Assembly: GCA_943704425.1 (NCBI GenBank)
Contig: CALSCP010000863.1
Coordinates: 1,800-65,799, forward strand
Length of the DNA: 64,000 nucleotides
Source of the DNA: Ministeria vibrans ATCC 50519
Taxonomy: Eukaryota > Protista > Filasterea
Direction: 5' to 3'
A program made the position numbers and the translations under genes. The notes beneath the pieces are model-generated. The model had not been told where the DNA came from. It did not search any database and was given only the letters and a program-made list of their open reading frames with translations. Of the stretch, positions 1-11,543 are shown piece after piece; the stretch's first letter is position 1; every line of letters starts with the position of its first letter.

Positions 1-2623
1 TCGACGGAGAAGTGAAAGAGCGAACCGTCCATAATGGTGAAGACAAAGTGCTCGCGCGAGTAGACGAGTGGTGCAGGCGCCAAGGCACCGTCGCCTGAAG
101 GGTCCAAGTGCAGTGGCGCATCCGATTGGGCAACTGCGGCGGCTGCGGCTGCCGAACCCACAGCGCCATCGACTGTCGACGCACCAGCTGTACCGCCGCT
201 GCTGTTGGTGGTGCCCACCTTGTGCTGGTGGCGCTTGAGTTTGTTGGGGTGCACAGGCGACCATTCGAGGGCGGTGGTCTGAGTGAACAGAGGCATGTTG
301 CGGATGGGCATGGCTTCGCGTACGTCCCACAGCTCCAGGGGCATCACATCAAATGCAATAATAGCGTACTGACTGAGTCCCGACACACGCACAGTGCGAA
401 TCCGTCCGACGTCATTGGCGGTGGGGCGGAAGGGACGCGAGAGTCCAGTTTCGAGTGACACAATCGACACGTAGTTAGTGACTGTCGGCGACGCACGGTG
501 GCCAGCGGAGCCGCCCGACGAGGATGACGAACCACCACTGCCACCACTTGCACCACCACTGCCACCGCCACCACCACCGCTCGCGGTGCTGTTTCCGCCT
601 CCACTCGTTCCGCCACCCAGAGCGCCGCTAAGAGAACCCTTGATGTTCGGCACAACACCGACGGCACCACTCGAGGAAGAGTCGGCGCCTGAGCTACCGC
701 CCTTTGCAGCGGCAGCGGCAGCAGCAATGGCCGACTGAGACATGTTCTCGTAGCCATACACAATGATAGTCTCGAGATCGATCCATTGGATGCCAAGAAC
801 GGCACACGGGAGCACACCAATGTTGCGTATGGTCTCCATGGTGCCAAGGTGCAGCAGCGAGACGGAGCCGTCCTCGGACCCAACGGCAAGCAACGGCTGG
901 TATGCGGCCCAGTTGCGCGTGTCGAGGCCAGGTCCGATCGAGACGCACGAGTGCGACGAGAGAGGTCGTTCGGTGTAGGTTGAGAGGACGAGTCGAGGGG
1001 AGGGGACAAAGGGAGGCGTACAGTACTTCCAGAGGAAGGTCCGCCCGTCGGACGCGACCCCGACGACAGCGCAGGCACTTGTGTGGCTCTCGTCGCCCAC
1101 ACCATAGTATTGGGGATCCAGGGCGAGTGCAGTGAGACGCACACCGCGGCCAAGACGAAGCGCGTCGGAGTAACAGCTGAGCTGGAAGGCCACGAGAGCG
1201 TCAGCGTTGTTGCTGGTGCTCTGGCGCACACAAACGGCACCACTCTCGTGCAAACAAATGAGCATCTGGGGTGCGGCCGGGCCCGTGCGCGTGACACAAA
1301 GAGAGCGAAAGGGCGACTGGCCACGTTCGAGGTGGACTGAGTGAATGGCACAGGCGGCGTGTGGCTCGAGGTCCACTACGACAATCTCGGTGGGATAGAG
1401 CAGAAAGAGAATGGATGGCTCGTTGGGAGAATACTCGACTTGAAGGCACGCTGACGATGCAATGGATTTGGCGGTGATGGCCGGGACAACGTGTGCCACC
1501 GAGATGAAGCCCTGCGACATTTCTGACGAGGTGGTGGTGACGATGGCACTGCCGGAGGCAGCGGCGTGTGCCACAGCGGACGTACTGGAGGTCCCGCCAG
1601 ATGCAAGGCTGTTGGGACCGTTGCTGCTTGCACTGCTGTTGCGCGTGAATGAGGCTGTCGAGGCGGCACGAGTGGTCCGCTTGAGAACAGCGTTAAAGAG
1701 GCCCGACGACGTTGATGTAGAGGTGGCCGCCGAGGTTGAAACGTCAGGAGTGGACGAGGGTGAGTGAGCGACGGATGTAGTGGATGGAACAGTGGTAGAT
1801 GTGGGAGCGAGGGTGCTGTCGGCGACGAGGTGCCAGCGGGTGCGACGCGTCGGAGCATGCGAGTGTGACAGGTCGTCGATATGGATGATGGAATTGGTCG
1901 TGGTGTGAACCACTGCTTTGGAGGGTGAGAAGGGGTCGAGGGCAAAGCGCACAGCGCCCGCACCCATATTGCAACGCCAGAGAGCACGGCCCGCGTCCAC
2001 ATCCCAAAAGTAGAGGGTGCCCAGACCCGAGGAGGTGGCGTGCAGAGAGACGAGGCAGTTTGCGCGCGTCCGGTGCCAGTGCAGGTCTAGCACGGCGCCA
2101 CTGGGGTCGTTTGAAGGACGCAATTCGCGCTTAATGCGGCCCGACTCGACACGCCACACCACAATGGTGCCGATGGTGTCGCCTGAAGCAAGGCGGAGCT
2201 TGTACGGCGACGATTCGGGCGAATGATGTTGACGGTCGGGCGCCCACTCCAGCGCCGTCACCAGCCCCACATGGTGCACCAAGGTCTGCACAGAGGCAAG
2301 CAGAGACGAACGTGCGTCGAACACATCGATTTTAGCGTGTGAGGCGGCCGCTGTGAGGCCGTGGTGGCCCACATCCACTGCCCCGTAGTTCTGTGGAACG
2401 AAAAAAAAACGGAAAGGGTAAAGGAGAGAGAACGAGAGAGAGTAAGAACCGAAAACAGAAAGGGTGTTGCGTGCAGAGGACATGGCTGCTCTTTGCATGG
2501 GTGCTCGTGAGCGGGGAGGAGAGTGTGGGAGAGAAAGGAGAAAGAAAGAAGAGTTTTTTCTTAAAAACGAGTCACCTGGACATGAAGCCCGCCCGTCAAC
2601 GAGCGAGCTGATATGACGCTCAT
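1..2623 (-). CDS. WDR11: WD repeat-containing protein 11 (3' end runs off the left edge); exon 1 2576-2623, intron 2391-2575
   Basis: Hand-spliced N-terminus MSVISARSLTGGLHVQ|NYGAVDVGHHGL...LEWAPDRQHHSPESSPYKLRLASGDTIGTIVVW matches WDR11 (SARTLTGALN...NKAAVDWG...SPYCLRLASADVNGKIIVW). Downstream FLLYPTEIVVVDLE and ICLHESG match LLLYPREILILDLE and FCLHENG. Confidence 0.9.
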
Positions 2624-2860
2624 ACCACAAGCGTTACAATTAAAAAAGAAAAGAAAAAAGAAGAAGAAGAAAAAAAAAAAAGAAAGGAGTTTCGTTGATT
2701 GTTGATCACTCGATCGATTAATTTTTTATCGTCGCTCACACACGCTGTCGCTTGCTCTCTCGCAGCCGTCGTCGTCTTTCTTACATCTTTTATATCTTTC
2801 CTTGGCACATTTTTCGCGTTCTTGAAAGGAGAAAAAAACGGGACGGGGCACTTTTAAAGA

Positions 2861-5618
2861 ATGGGAGTGGACACGGACGAGAAGACGCCTCTGGTGGTAG
2901 GAAACAAGGGAGTGGGGCACGCCACAACACACTCACTGTGGCCTGCGGGCTCTCTGGTATGTGTGTAGCGCAACGAGTCGCAGCTGACGACGACGAGCAC
3001 GGTGTACGTGCGGTATGCCAGTCGCTGGTACATGCTCTTTCTGCTGTGCCTTCTCAACGTAAGCCCACACGCACCCCAGCGGCCGCCTCCGCCGCGCGCC
3101 GGTGTCCCTGGCGTGCCCGTCGAACCCAAGCCATGGACTGGTCGACGCGTGTCTCTGCTGCGCCTTGCTGACACTCGTTGCGACTCCCTTCACCTTCCAG
3201 GTTGCCAATGCATCCGTTTGGGTTACGTACGCACCGATTGCGACCGTCTCGGAAATATACTACGACGAAGACATCACAGCGATCAACTGGCTCAGTGAAT
3301 GCTTCATGGCCATTTCAATTCCGTTTGGATTCATTGCCTCTTGGGCGCTGGACGCCAAAGGCCTTCGCTTTGCGGTGAGTCATTGAGTGATTTAGACGGA
3401 GGGCCCACAACCCGCACTGATGTACGTGGTGTATTATAGGTGATGTTTGGTGCGTGGGTGAATGCTGTAGGCGCGTGGGTTCGCTACTTGAGTGTTTTTG
3501 AAGAGGATCGTCACAAACAGTTTGGTATGCAGACTGTTCGAGTAGATTGTTGATGTTTCTCGTATGACTAATTTTGTCTCGACAGCGATTGTGTTTGTGG
3601 GACAGTCTATGTGTGCATTGGCACAGTCGTTTATTTTGAGTGCACCCACCAAGATGGCTGCCACGTGGTTTGGCGAGAAGGAGCGAGGCACAGCGAACAT
3701 GATCGCATCAATCTGTAAGTGTTTGTGTCTGCACACGCGCACACATGAGAGTGCGTCATGTGTGTGCATGTGTGTGCATGTGTGTGTGTGTGTGTGTGTG
3801 TGTGTTGAATACGTGTCGTGTGTTTTCTGTGTGTATGTAGCCAACCCGCTGGGCATTGCCGTGGCGGGAATTGTGGTTCCCATTGTAGTGAAGAGTCCGA
3901 CGGGAGACGAGATTCCAACACTGGTGAGATTACTTTAAATGTCATTGGGAGAACACAGAGAAAGGGAAACAAGAACACTAAAATAATGTGTTCTTTTTTT
4001 GTAGCTGTGGATTTTGGCAATTCCCAGTACAGTTGCACTTGTGCTGGCGCTGTTTACTCTCAAGTCAAAGGTGCGAAGTTGTGCATAATACGAAATATGC
4101 AAATGTATCAACGCTCAATGTCGCATGCATGTCTCTCTTTGGGGTATCTCGTTCTGTGCGTCTCTCGCTTTATCTCTTTCTGTGGTATATATACATATAT
4201 ATATATATGTATATATGTGTGTGTGTGTGTGTTTACCGCTGTATGTGTCTCTGACTTTTTCTCTATCACTTTGTTTCTTTCTCCCTCCATTCTTTCTCCC
4301 TCCATTCTCTCACTATCACTTTGTTTCTTTCTCCCTCCATTCTCGCTGAATTGCTTTGTTTTTTTCTTCCTCCATTCTCTCACTATCACTTTGTTTCTTT
4401 CTCCTCTCCAGCCTCCGTCTCCGCCCAGTGGCTCTGCTGAGGAGGAGTCCCATGAGTTTTTTCTCGGTTTGCGCACCATCTACAAAATCAAGCCCTATGT
4501 TCAACTGTGGTTTGTCTTTGGTATCGGTGTGGGTATTTTCAATGCGTACGTGTCAAATAACAAACGAACCGGTTCCTTTGTTGTTACTGATGTCATCATT
4601 TGTTATAGTGTGACGACTCTTATGGAGCAGATCATTCAGCCACACGGATACAATCCCGTAAGAAAGATCCACATTGCTAATCCATTTACAGCTTATTGAC
4701 ATTCGTTGACGCTCTTATTGGCATTAATTGTTGACGCGCTTTTTCATATTGCCCATGGATCGACTTGCTCAATTGGACTCTCGCGAACTCAATCACTCCA
4801 TCATTGACTCACGCATTCTCACTCGATCATTGTCTCAAAATCATCATTTGTGTATATAGACACAAGCGGGGTTCTTGCAGGCCCTGCTAATTATTGCGGG
4901 TCTGGGCGGTGCAGCAATCACCGGGCCTATTGTGGATCGTACAAAGGCCTATCTGACTGTCCTAAAGACTGGTGCGACCCCCTCCTCTCTCTTTCCATTC
5001 CTTCTTATGTCTGTCTCTCTCGACCATGTAGCTTTTGTGCTGGCTGTGCTGAGTTTCGTGTTTCTCACCGTCATTTCGCTCTACGAGTACACCAAACTGC
5101 ACTTTATCCTGCTCAGTCTGGCCAGTGCGCTGGTTGGAATGCTTTGTTTCAGGTAAAGGCCAAAAAGAAAAAAAAAAAAAAAAAAAAAAAAACACTCACA
5201 CAACTATGTTGCACCTTGGCGTCACTAACCGTCTTGGTACAGTATTCTTCCTGTGTGCCTTGAGCTGGGGGTTGAGACGAGCTATCCGGTGGCAGAGGGC
5301 ACGAGCGCAGGGATGTTGTGGGTAGGTGGGCAGATGTGGGGTATCATCTTTGTGAGTGCGATGGGAGCCATGACGGACAAGACGACCGGTAGCATGGCCA
5401 ATGCCACCTACTTCATGTGTGGCGTTGCTGGCTTTGCTCTGATCCTCTGCCTCACGCTCTTCACGCCATACAAGCGACTCATGGCCGAACGTCTCATGGA
5501 CGAAACGCAACCTATTTTGGTGACCATCCCCGAAGACGACCTTCGGAGTGATACCAACAACAACGACGACCTGTCCAGCCGACCCATCGTGTCGCCTTCC
5601 ATCCAGTCCGACATGTAG
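2861..5618 (+). CDS. MFS transporter, SLC49 family (MFSD7/SLC49A3-like; FLVCR/DIRC2 relatives), multi-exon
   Basis: Spliced exons give YASRWYMLFLLCLLN|VANASVWVTYAPIA...INWLS...PFGFIASWALDAKGLR, GQSMCALAQSFILSAPTKMAATWFGEKERGTAN, PPSPPSGSA and ELGVETSYPVAEGTSAG, all SLC49 hallmarks. Confidence 0.88.
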
Positions 5619-5688
5619 TGTAGAACAGACAATTATATCGAAATTCCCAAGTCTTTATTCATAGTACACCACCTTGTTTACACTTCCT

Positions 5689-6180
5689 TCACTCCACATC
5701 CATATCCATTCGCGCTCTTTTCCGCTTTCCCTCTCCCTCCCCCACCTCTTCATCCTCCTCCTTCCCACCGCCAGTACCCCCTTCGTTTGCCTGTTCCCCA
5801 CTTCCAAAACCACCGCTCGTCCCTCCCGTCTCACTGCTCGTCCCCCCCTTTTTCTTCTCCGTTGGATCCATTTCACGAATGTCTTCGCCCAGAGCCGCAC
5901 GTCGAGATGCCTCCAAGCGATACAACACAACCCGCCGCTCCTCCTTTCTTTGCTCCACATGCTAAACACAGAAAAAAATACATAAAGACACCACCACCAC
6001 ATAGAGGCCACGCACACATATATATTATTATTATATTTATATTTATATACCCGTTGGAGCTCGAGCAGCTCAATAATGTCATCGCGTAGTCCATCAAACT
6101 CATTGCAGACTGCCTCAGTTGGAAGAAGTTGAACCAGACAGCCCAACGAGTCCAGCAGCTGATCAACACCCCGAGTCTAC

Positions 6181-6278
<98 letters not shown>

Positions 6279-7650
6279 AAAAAAAGAGAGTATGAGGAGA
6301 GAGAGAATGCGAGAGCGGGTTGTAGTGGTGTACCAGTCGTGGTGCCAACACATACGAGACCAGTCGATCACTGCGCGCAGACACTCCACAAATGCGCTCC
6401 TTCGCCTGAGTTTTCTACCATCATCAAAACGTAATGCAGTTAATGTGTGTGTGTCGATCTATCGATTGAAAAAACACAAGGGCATACCGACTTTTTCTTT
6501 CCCGCGTCATCTCCATCAGCGACGACCTTCCTGGGGCGCCCGCACTTGCGTGGTGCATGTACTGTGCCCGTACGCAAACTCTGCGCTTGCATCTGTAACA
6601 AGCGAGTGTGAGAAGATGGAGAGAGAGCAAAGAGAAAATGATAGAGAGCGAGCGCAAAGTGAGAGAGAGATCAAAGTGAGAGAGAGCGAGAAAATGTTCG
6701 AAACCACTATAAATGCGAAATGGTCGCAAACACGATAAAACATCAATTATACAACAAGCGACTGACTGACCTTTGCCTGGTCGCGATCCTTTCGCCTCGC
6801 TTCGATTTTCTTGAGTTTGTCGGTGAGATCTGCTTCGACAGCGAGTTCTTCTTGGCTGCGCTCCAGCAGCGCCTCCAGTTGAGTCTTGCGCGCCTGTTCA
6901 TGGGCTACGTCGTATTTGCGCGACGCTGGATTTCCCTTCTGCAGATAAAAAAAAGTGTGAGTGTTGCATAATGAACATACACTATATCATATTTCCTATT
7001 ACATTGCGCTTCTTTGTATCATCCTCGTCGTCGGATGCGCCTCGAGCAACAACAAGTGTCTCGGCAACGGCGTAATAGCGCTCCTTGAGCTCTTCAATGC
7101 AACGGGGGGACACCCCCCACTCGTCGGCAATGACAGCATAACGATCGGCAATAGGAATGAAGCGCAAGTCGTACTGTCGCGCCAGTGACACAAGTAGGTC
7201 TGTTTCGCGTTGCGTCCATTGCTCGCTCGTCAAGTGCGCTCTGTACTCATCGTCGGTGTAGCTGACGGTTTCCACAGACTACACAAACAGTTCAAAATAT
7301 AGAACACAGCATATACAAACAAACAAGGAGAGAGAGAGACAGAGAGGGAGAGACAGAGAAAAAGAAACAAAGTGAAAGAACAAAGTGAGAGAGAAAGAGC
7401 AAAGTAGGAACAACAAAAAAATAAAGAAAAAAAACAAAGTAGAAAGAGCAAAGTAGAAACCACCAAGTTACTAAAGTCATAAAGACGTAATAAAGTGAAG
7501 ACACAAAGTAAAAACGATACAGCGAGCTGGGGTACCTTGTTAAACTTGGCAAAGGGATAGACGGGCGGGTCGTCTTGTTCGCTTCGCTTGCGCCAATGAC
7601 TACAAAAAAACCAAAAATCAAATCTCATCCAGCTTGGCGAGCAGGAACGT

Positions 7651-7745
<95 letters not shown>

Positions 7746-8287
7746 TATACATACACATACACACGTGATGATGGGTTCGAGCAAGACGAGATGCGTACCA
7801 GAGTTTCAGTCCGTCGGTACGAGCAGGATTCTCAAAAGGCTGCCATGTCCAAGGCACCGCACGACGGTTGCCCAGCCGAGCCTTTGTCTGCTTATACCTA
7901 AACACGCACACATACACCAGCACCACCACACACAGTCGTCAGTACGTCAAACAGCCTGCCTTGACGCCGCGCGTACCCTCCTTCGGCGGCCGTGGACGAA
8001 GGGATCACGGGCGGAAGACCAAAGCTGCCCAAGTTGAACACCTCGCGACTCATTCCTTTGGGGCGCACAGCGACCGATTTCGAGGCGGGTTTCTGCACAA
8101 CACGAATAAACACAATGAGACGGCTACTATGATCAGGCGTGGATGTCGCATTGAGAAACGCATTGAAACAGAGCAAAATCGAACGAAACAGAGAAATAGA
8201 CTCACAACCTCCTGGCGTTGTTGCTCTTCTGTATGTACTTGGGTGTATGCGGCGCGTGCCTGGGCACGCATGTCGCTNNNNNNNNNN

Positions 8288-8325
<38 letters not shown>

Positions 8326-8531
8326 TACAAAAGTGTAGGGTTAATAGGAAAGGATGGCAAGAGAAGGAGTATGGACGGGCATGGAGAGAGGGGACGGCGG
8401 GGTGTGCGTACCAGGCCACCCTCAAGCAGTTCCTTTGCTTTGGCTTCGGCAACGCCCCCAGCCGAGGCAATGGCTGCCTCTTCAGCGCTAGGCAGCCCCA
8501 TGATGTCACGCAGATCCGTTGATCCCGCCAT
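5689..8531 (-). CDS. DMAP1: DNA methyltransferase 1-associated protein 1 / Swc4-Eaf2 (NuA4/SWR1 subunit), multi-exon
   Basis: DLRDIMGL, PKGMSREVFNL, WTWQPFENPARTDGLKL, YPFAKFNK, SANT-like YTDDEY...WTQRETDLLVSLARQYDLRFIPIADRY...IEELKERYY, and PTEAVCNEFDGLRDDI. Confidence 0.92.
6184..6274. repeat. (AG)n microsatellite in a DMAP1 intron
   Basis: Directly visible. Confidence 0.95.
7653..7741. repeat. (AC)n microsatellite in a DMAP1 intron
   Basis: Directly visible. Confidence 0.95.
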
Positions 8532-8890
8532 GCTTGGTGTAAACAAAAAAAAAAAATGTGTGTGTAATGTTGTTGTTTTATTCTCTGATCTCGCGGAAGG
8601 AAACTTATCCTCGGTGTATCCTCGCGAGCCATCGAGACAGTGACGCCACTTTACACTTCAGTAAATAGTGAGTACTGACTAATGAGTACTCCATACGGAG
8701 TACTGAGTGACACTTGGGGCGCTGACAGAGCTCATGGCTCAATCAAAATTGTGTGACATATGTGAAACTCACTCCCACATATACCCCGAAAAAAAGTAAT
8801 CAGTTCGTTACTCATTTTGTTCTGTGCTCGCCTTTCGCCTCCGCTCGACACCTCCGTCTAAACCCGACCAACGCACACGGCGCCAGCACC

Positions 8891-10976
8891 ATGTCACAGT
8901 CGGTAGGAGTTGTTTGGACCTTTTTTCTAACAACATTCACGCACGCACTCGAATCGCCCCTTACACTGCTTTAACTTGACAGAGTGGTACCGCACGAAAC
9001 TCCATGGAGTCGTCCGACTCACGCGGGGATAATGCACCTGGAAGTGATACCAAACAAAGGGCAATGGAATTGCTTGGTCATCTTCCCTACAACGCCGACG
9101 AGGTTCACCCTGATATGCACGGATTATGGCAGTTGATCAATGACAGGGTATGTTGCCGGCAAAAATGCGCGCATCGGACGCTCTGAACGTGAGAAAAGCT
9201 CACCGTGAGAACTAAACTGTTCGGTTTTAACACCTCTACAGCAATCGCATCAATGGCTCTTCTGGAGTGCCGATGGCCTCGCCTTTCTTGTAAAGTACTC
9301 CAAGGAGTTTGAACGGTCCCGTTTGCGCTTCTACTTTCGCGTAAGAAACGAGACAGCGTGCAAAGAGTGTGTTTCGGAATGCAGCTTGGTAACACCTCGT
9401 TCCGTCGCTGTTCATTTTCGCAGAAGGCAACCGTTCGAAGCTTTGTCCGCAAGCTTGAAGCGTTCCAATTCAAAAGGTATGCATGATCCTTGGCTTCTGA
9501 CCTCCAAGAACACCCTGTGGAAGGCAGAACCATTGGGGGTGTCGACCTTTTTTTTTCTTTTTCGTTTCGTTTCTCGCTTTGCTTTCTCAGCTCTGACCTT
9601 CCATTTCTTGCCATAGAGTCGAATTCAGCGCGGGCGAGCAGCCGGAAGGCGATTGGGTGAAGCTGATGGTACGCCGGCGCAGTTCTTTCCAGCGCATTGC
9701 GCTCGTCTCAACCAGCGTCCTTTTTTTTTTGTGTGTTTGTGTGTCTCTTTTTGTAGCATCCCAACTTCCAGCGCGAGCAGCCATCTCTGCTGCGCGACAT
9801 ACAAGTGTCCGAAGTAACCCATTCTCCCGTGTGGCGAGTCACCTCAGCGCAAGAGTAAGTCGTTGCGTCTTTATTTGTCTTTTTTTTTTTTTTTTTTCTC
9901 CCCGCTCCCCCAACGTGTCATCCCACCCTCCTCGGCCGTTATTTCAACCTTCTTTATGCACCACCACCTCGTTGGCTTTCAATCCATCGTCACTCCGTCA
10001 CCATCTATGCGTCCTCACGTTATTTGCACATTGTTCAATGTGACGTCAGTATCACTATTCGGCCTTTTATTATTCATTTATTATAAATTTCCTTTTTCAC
10101 TCCCGTCGTCGTAGCATGGAACGGGCATTATCCGATAAAGCAAATCGAGTGGCGAAACGCACACACGCTGCCTCTCTGCAGCAGCGCACTCCACCCGCAG
10201 CACACAAGCGAAGCAACTCACAGCAACAGCCACAGCAGCATCAAAACGTTCCTTATCAGCATGATTCTCAATTGACTTTGGTCAATATGGACGATGGCCT
10301 GCCATGGAAACGGCAACGAACTGTTATCATGTCGATGGGCCCATTTGATACCGAGTCGTCGTGTACATCGCTTGCCTCGCCTGTCGTGAGTACGGCGACG
10401 CCGGCCGGTGTGAGCTCGAATGCCTTTGGCACCGCTTGCGGAGTGCCTCTATCACGCGATCCCAGTCTGCCCGCCGCCACCACCTCCGCCACTTCCTTAT
10501 CCTCCTCTCGTCCCTCGTACCTGCCCCCGCCATCATCTTCTACTCCACTCAGGTCCACGCGACTCCAGCCAAGAAGCAGTACCTCCAGCACAGGTCATAT
10601 GGCATCAACAGCATCGCTCTCCCCGCACGAGCCCCAACAGACCTACTCTTCTCTTGCCTCTGGTCGCACCATCAACAGCGCCGAGACGTCACAGTCGTCG
10701 CTCTACTCGCTCCTTGAATCTTCTTCCGCCTCCTCCCTCTACTCTATTCCACCCTCCTGCACTGCTGCAGTCCAGCCTGCCTGCTCGACAACCGCCATCA
10801 CCGAGGGCGCTGGTGGCGGCAACACCTACTTGTCCCCCTCCCATTTCTCGTGTGCTCCTTGCCCTTACCCTAGCCAACAAGACATCCTCTTTTTTGCGCC
10901 GTGTCCCGCCCAGCAGCCCTTCTCATCTCACTTCACGCCCACTCCGTGGACACCGCAACAGCAGGCTCGCCACTGA
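8891..10976 (+). CDS. Divergent HSF-type DNA-binding-domain protein, copy A (7 exons, S/P/Q-rich tail)
   Basis: Spliced: LWQLINDR|QSHQWLFWSADGLAFLVKYSKEFERSRLRFYFR|KATVRSFVRKLEAFQFKR|VEF...DWVKLM|HPNFQREQPSLLRDI. This fits the HSF DBD consensus (LW...I.WS.DG.SF...F...L..YFK....SFVRQL..YGF...HP.F.R..P.LL..I). The last exon joins in frame to ORF 10116..10976. Confidence 0.8.
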
Positions 10977-11543
10977 GCGAGACCAAACATTTAACTGAAG
11001 AATACACCACACACAATTCCACCATCCCTCTGACACTACCTACAGCCGCTCAGATCTCGGTCTGGTCGCAGCATCAAAAAATTGACGAATGAGAAGATGG
11101 AGAGGGGAAAGGGGAGAGGGGAGAGAGGAGAGGGGAGACAGAGAGAGAATGAGACGCTCGAGACAATTGAGACACAACAAACAAATTTCTGGCCTCTTTA
11201 AATTCTTGCAGTTGTCTTCATTCCTCTTCTCTTCACGACAGACTGAATCTCTCTTGTCGTCTCAGAGTCTTGACACTATAAATTATGAAAAGCATTCGTA
11301 TTTGTTCCGTCGGATCCCCGTTGGATCTAACCACCGAAATAGCAATTACGCAAGTAAAATAATACGATTATACGTAACACAAATCAAAATTGTTCTTTGC
11401 GTTGGAGAATAATTGAAAACGGAAAGCCCCTTCTTACAAGACTTCGGAGCCACCCGCCTAGGTGGTAGTTTTTTTTGAGTTGTGTTTGGGTCGAGTGACA
11501 GTTTGATCCTATCCTGACTTCCCTCGGCGCCTTTCACCACCTT

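Noticed and set aside
344-2002. ORFs 344..1351 and 1376..2002 on the minus strand
   Set aside because: Alternative frames of the WDR11 exon; the true frame is not listed because it runs off the window edge.
6129-6434. Poly-ER, poly-SL, poly-CV and poly-HT ORFs here and elsewhere
   Set aside because: Translations of dinucleotide microsatellites in introns.
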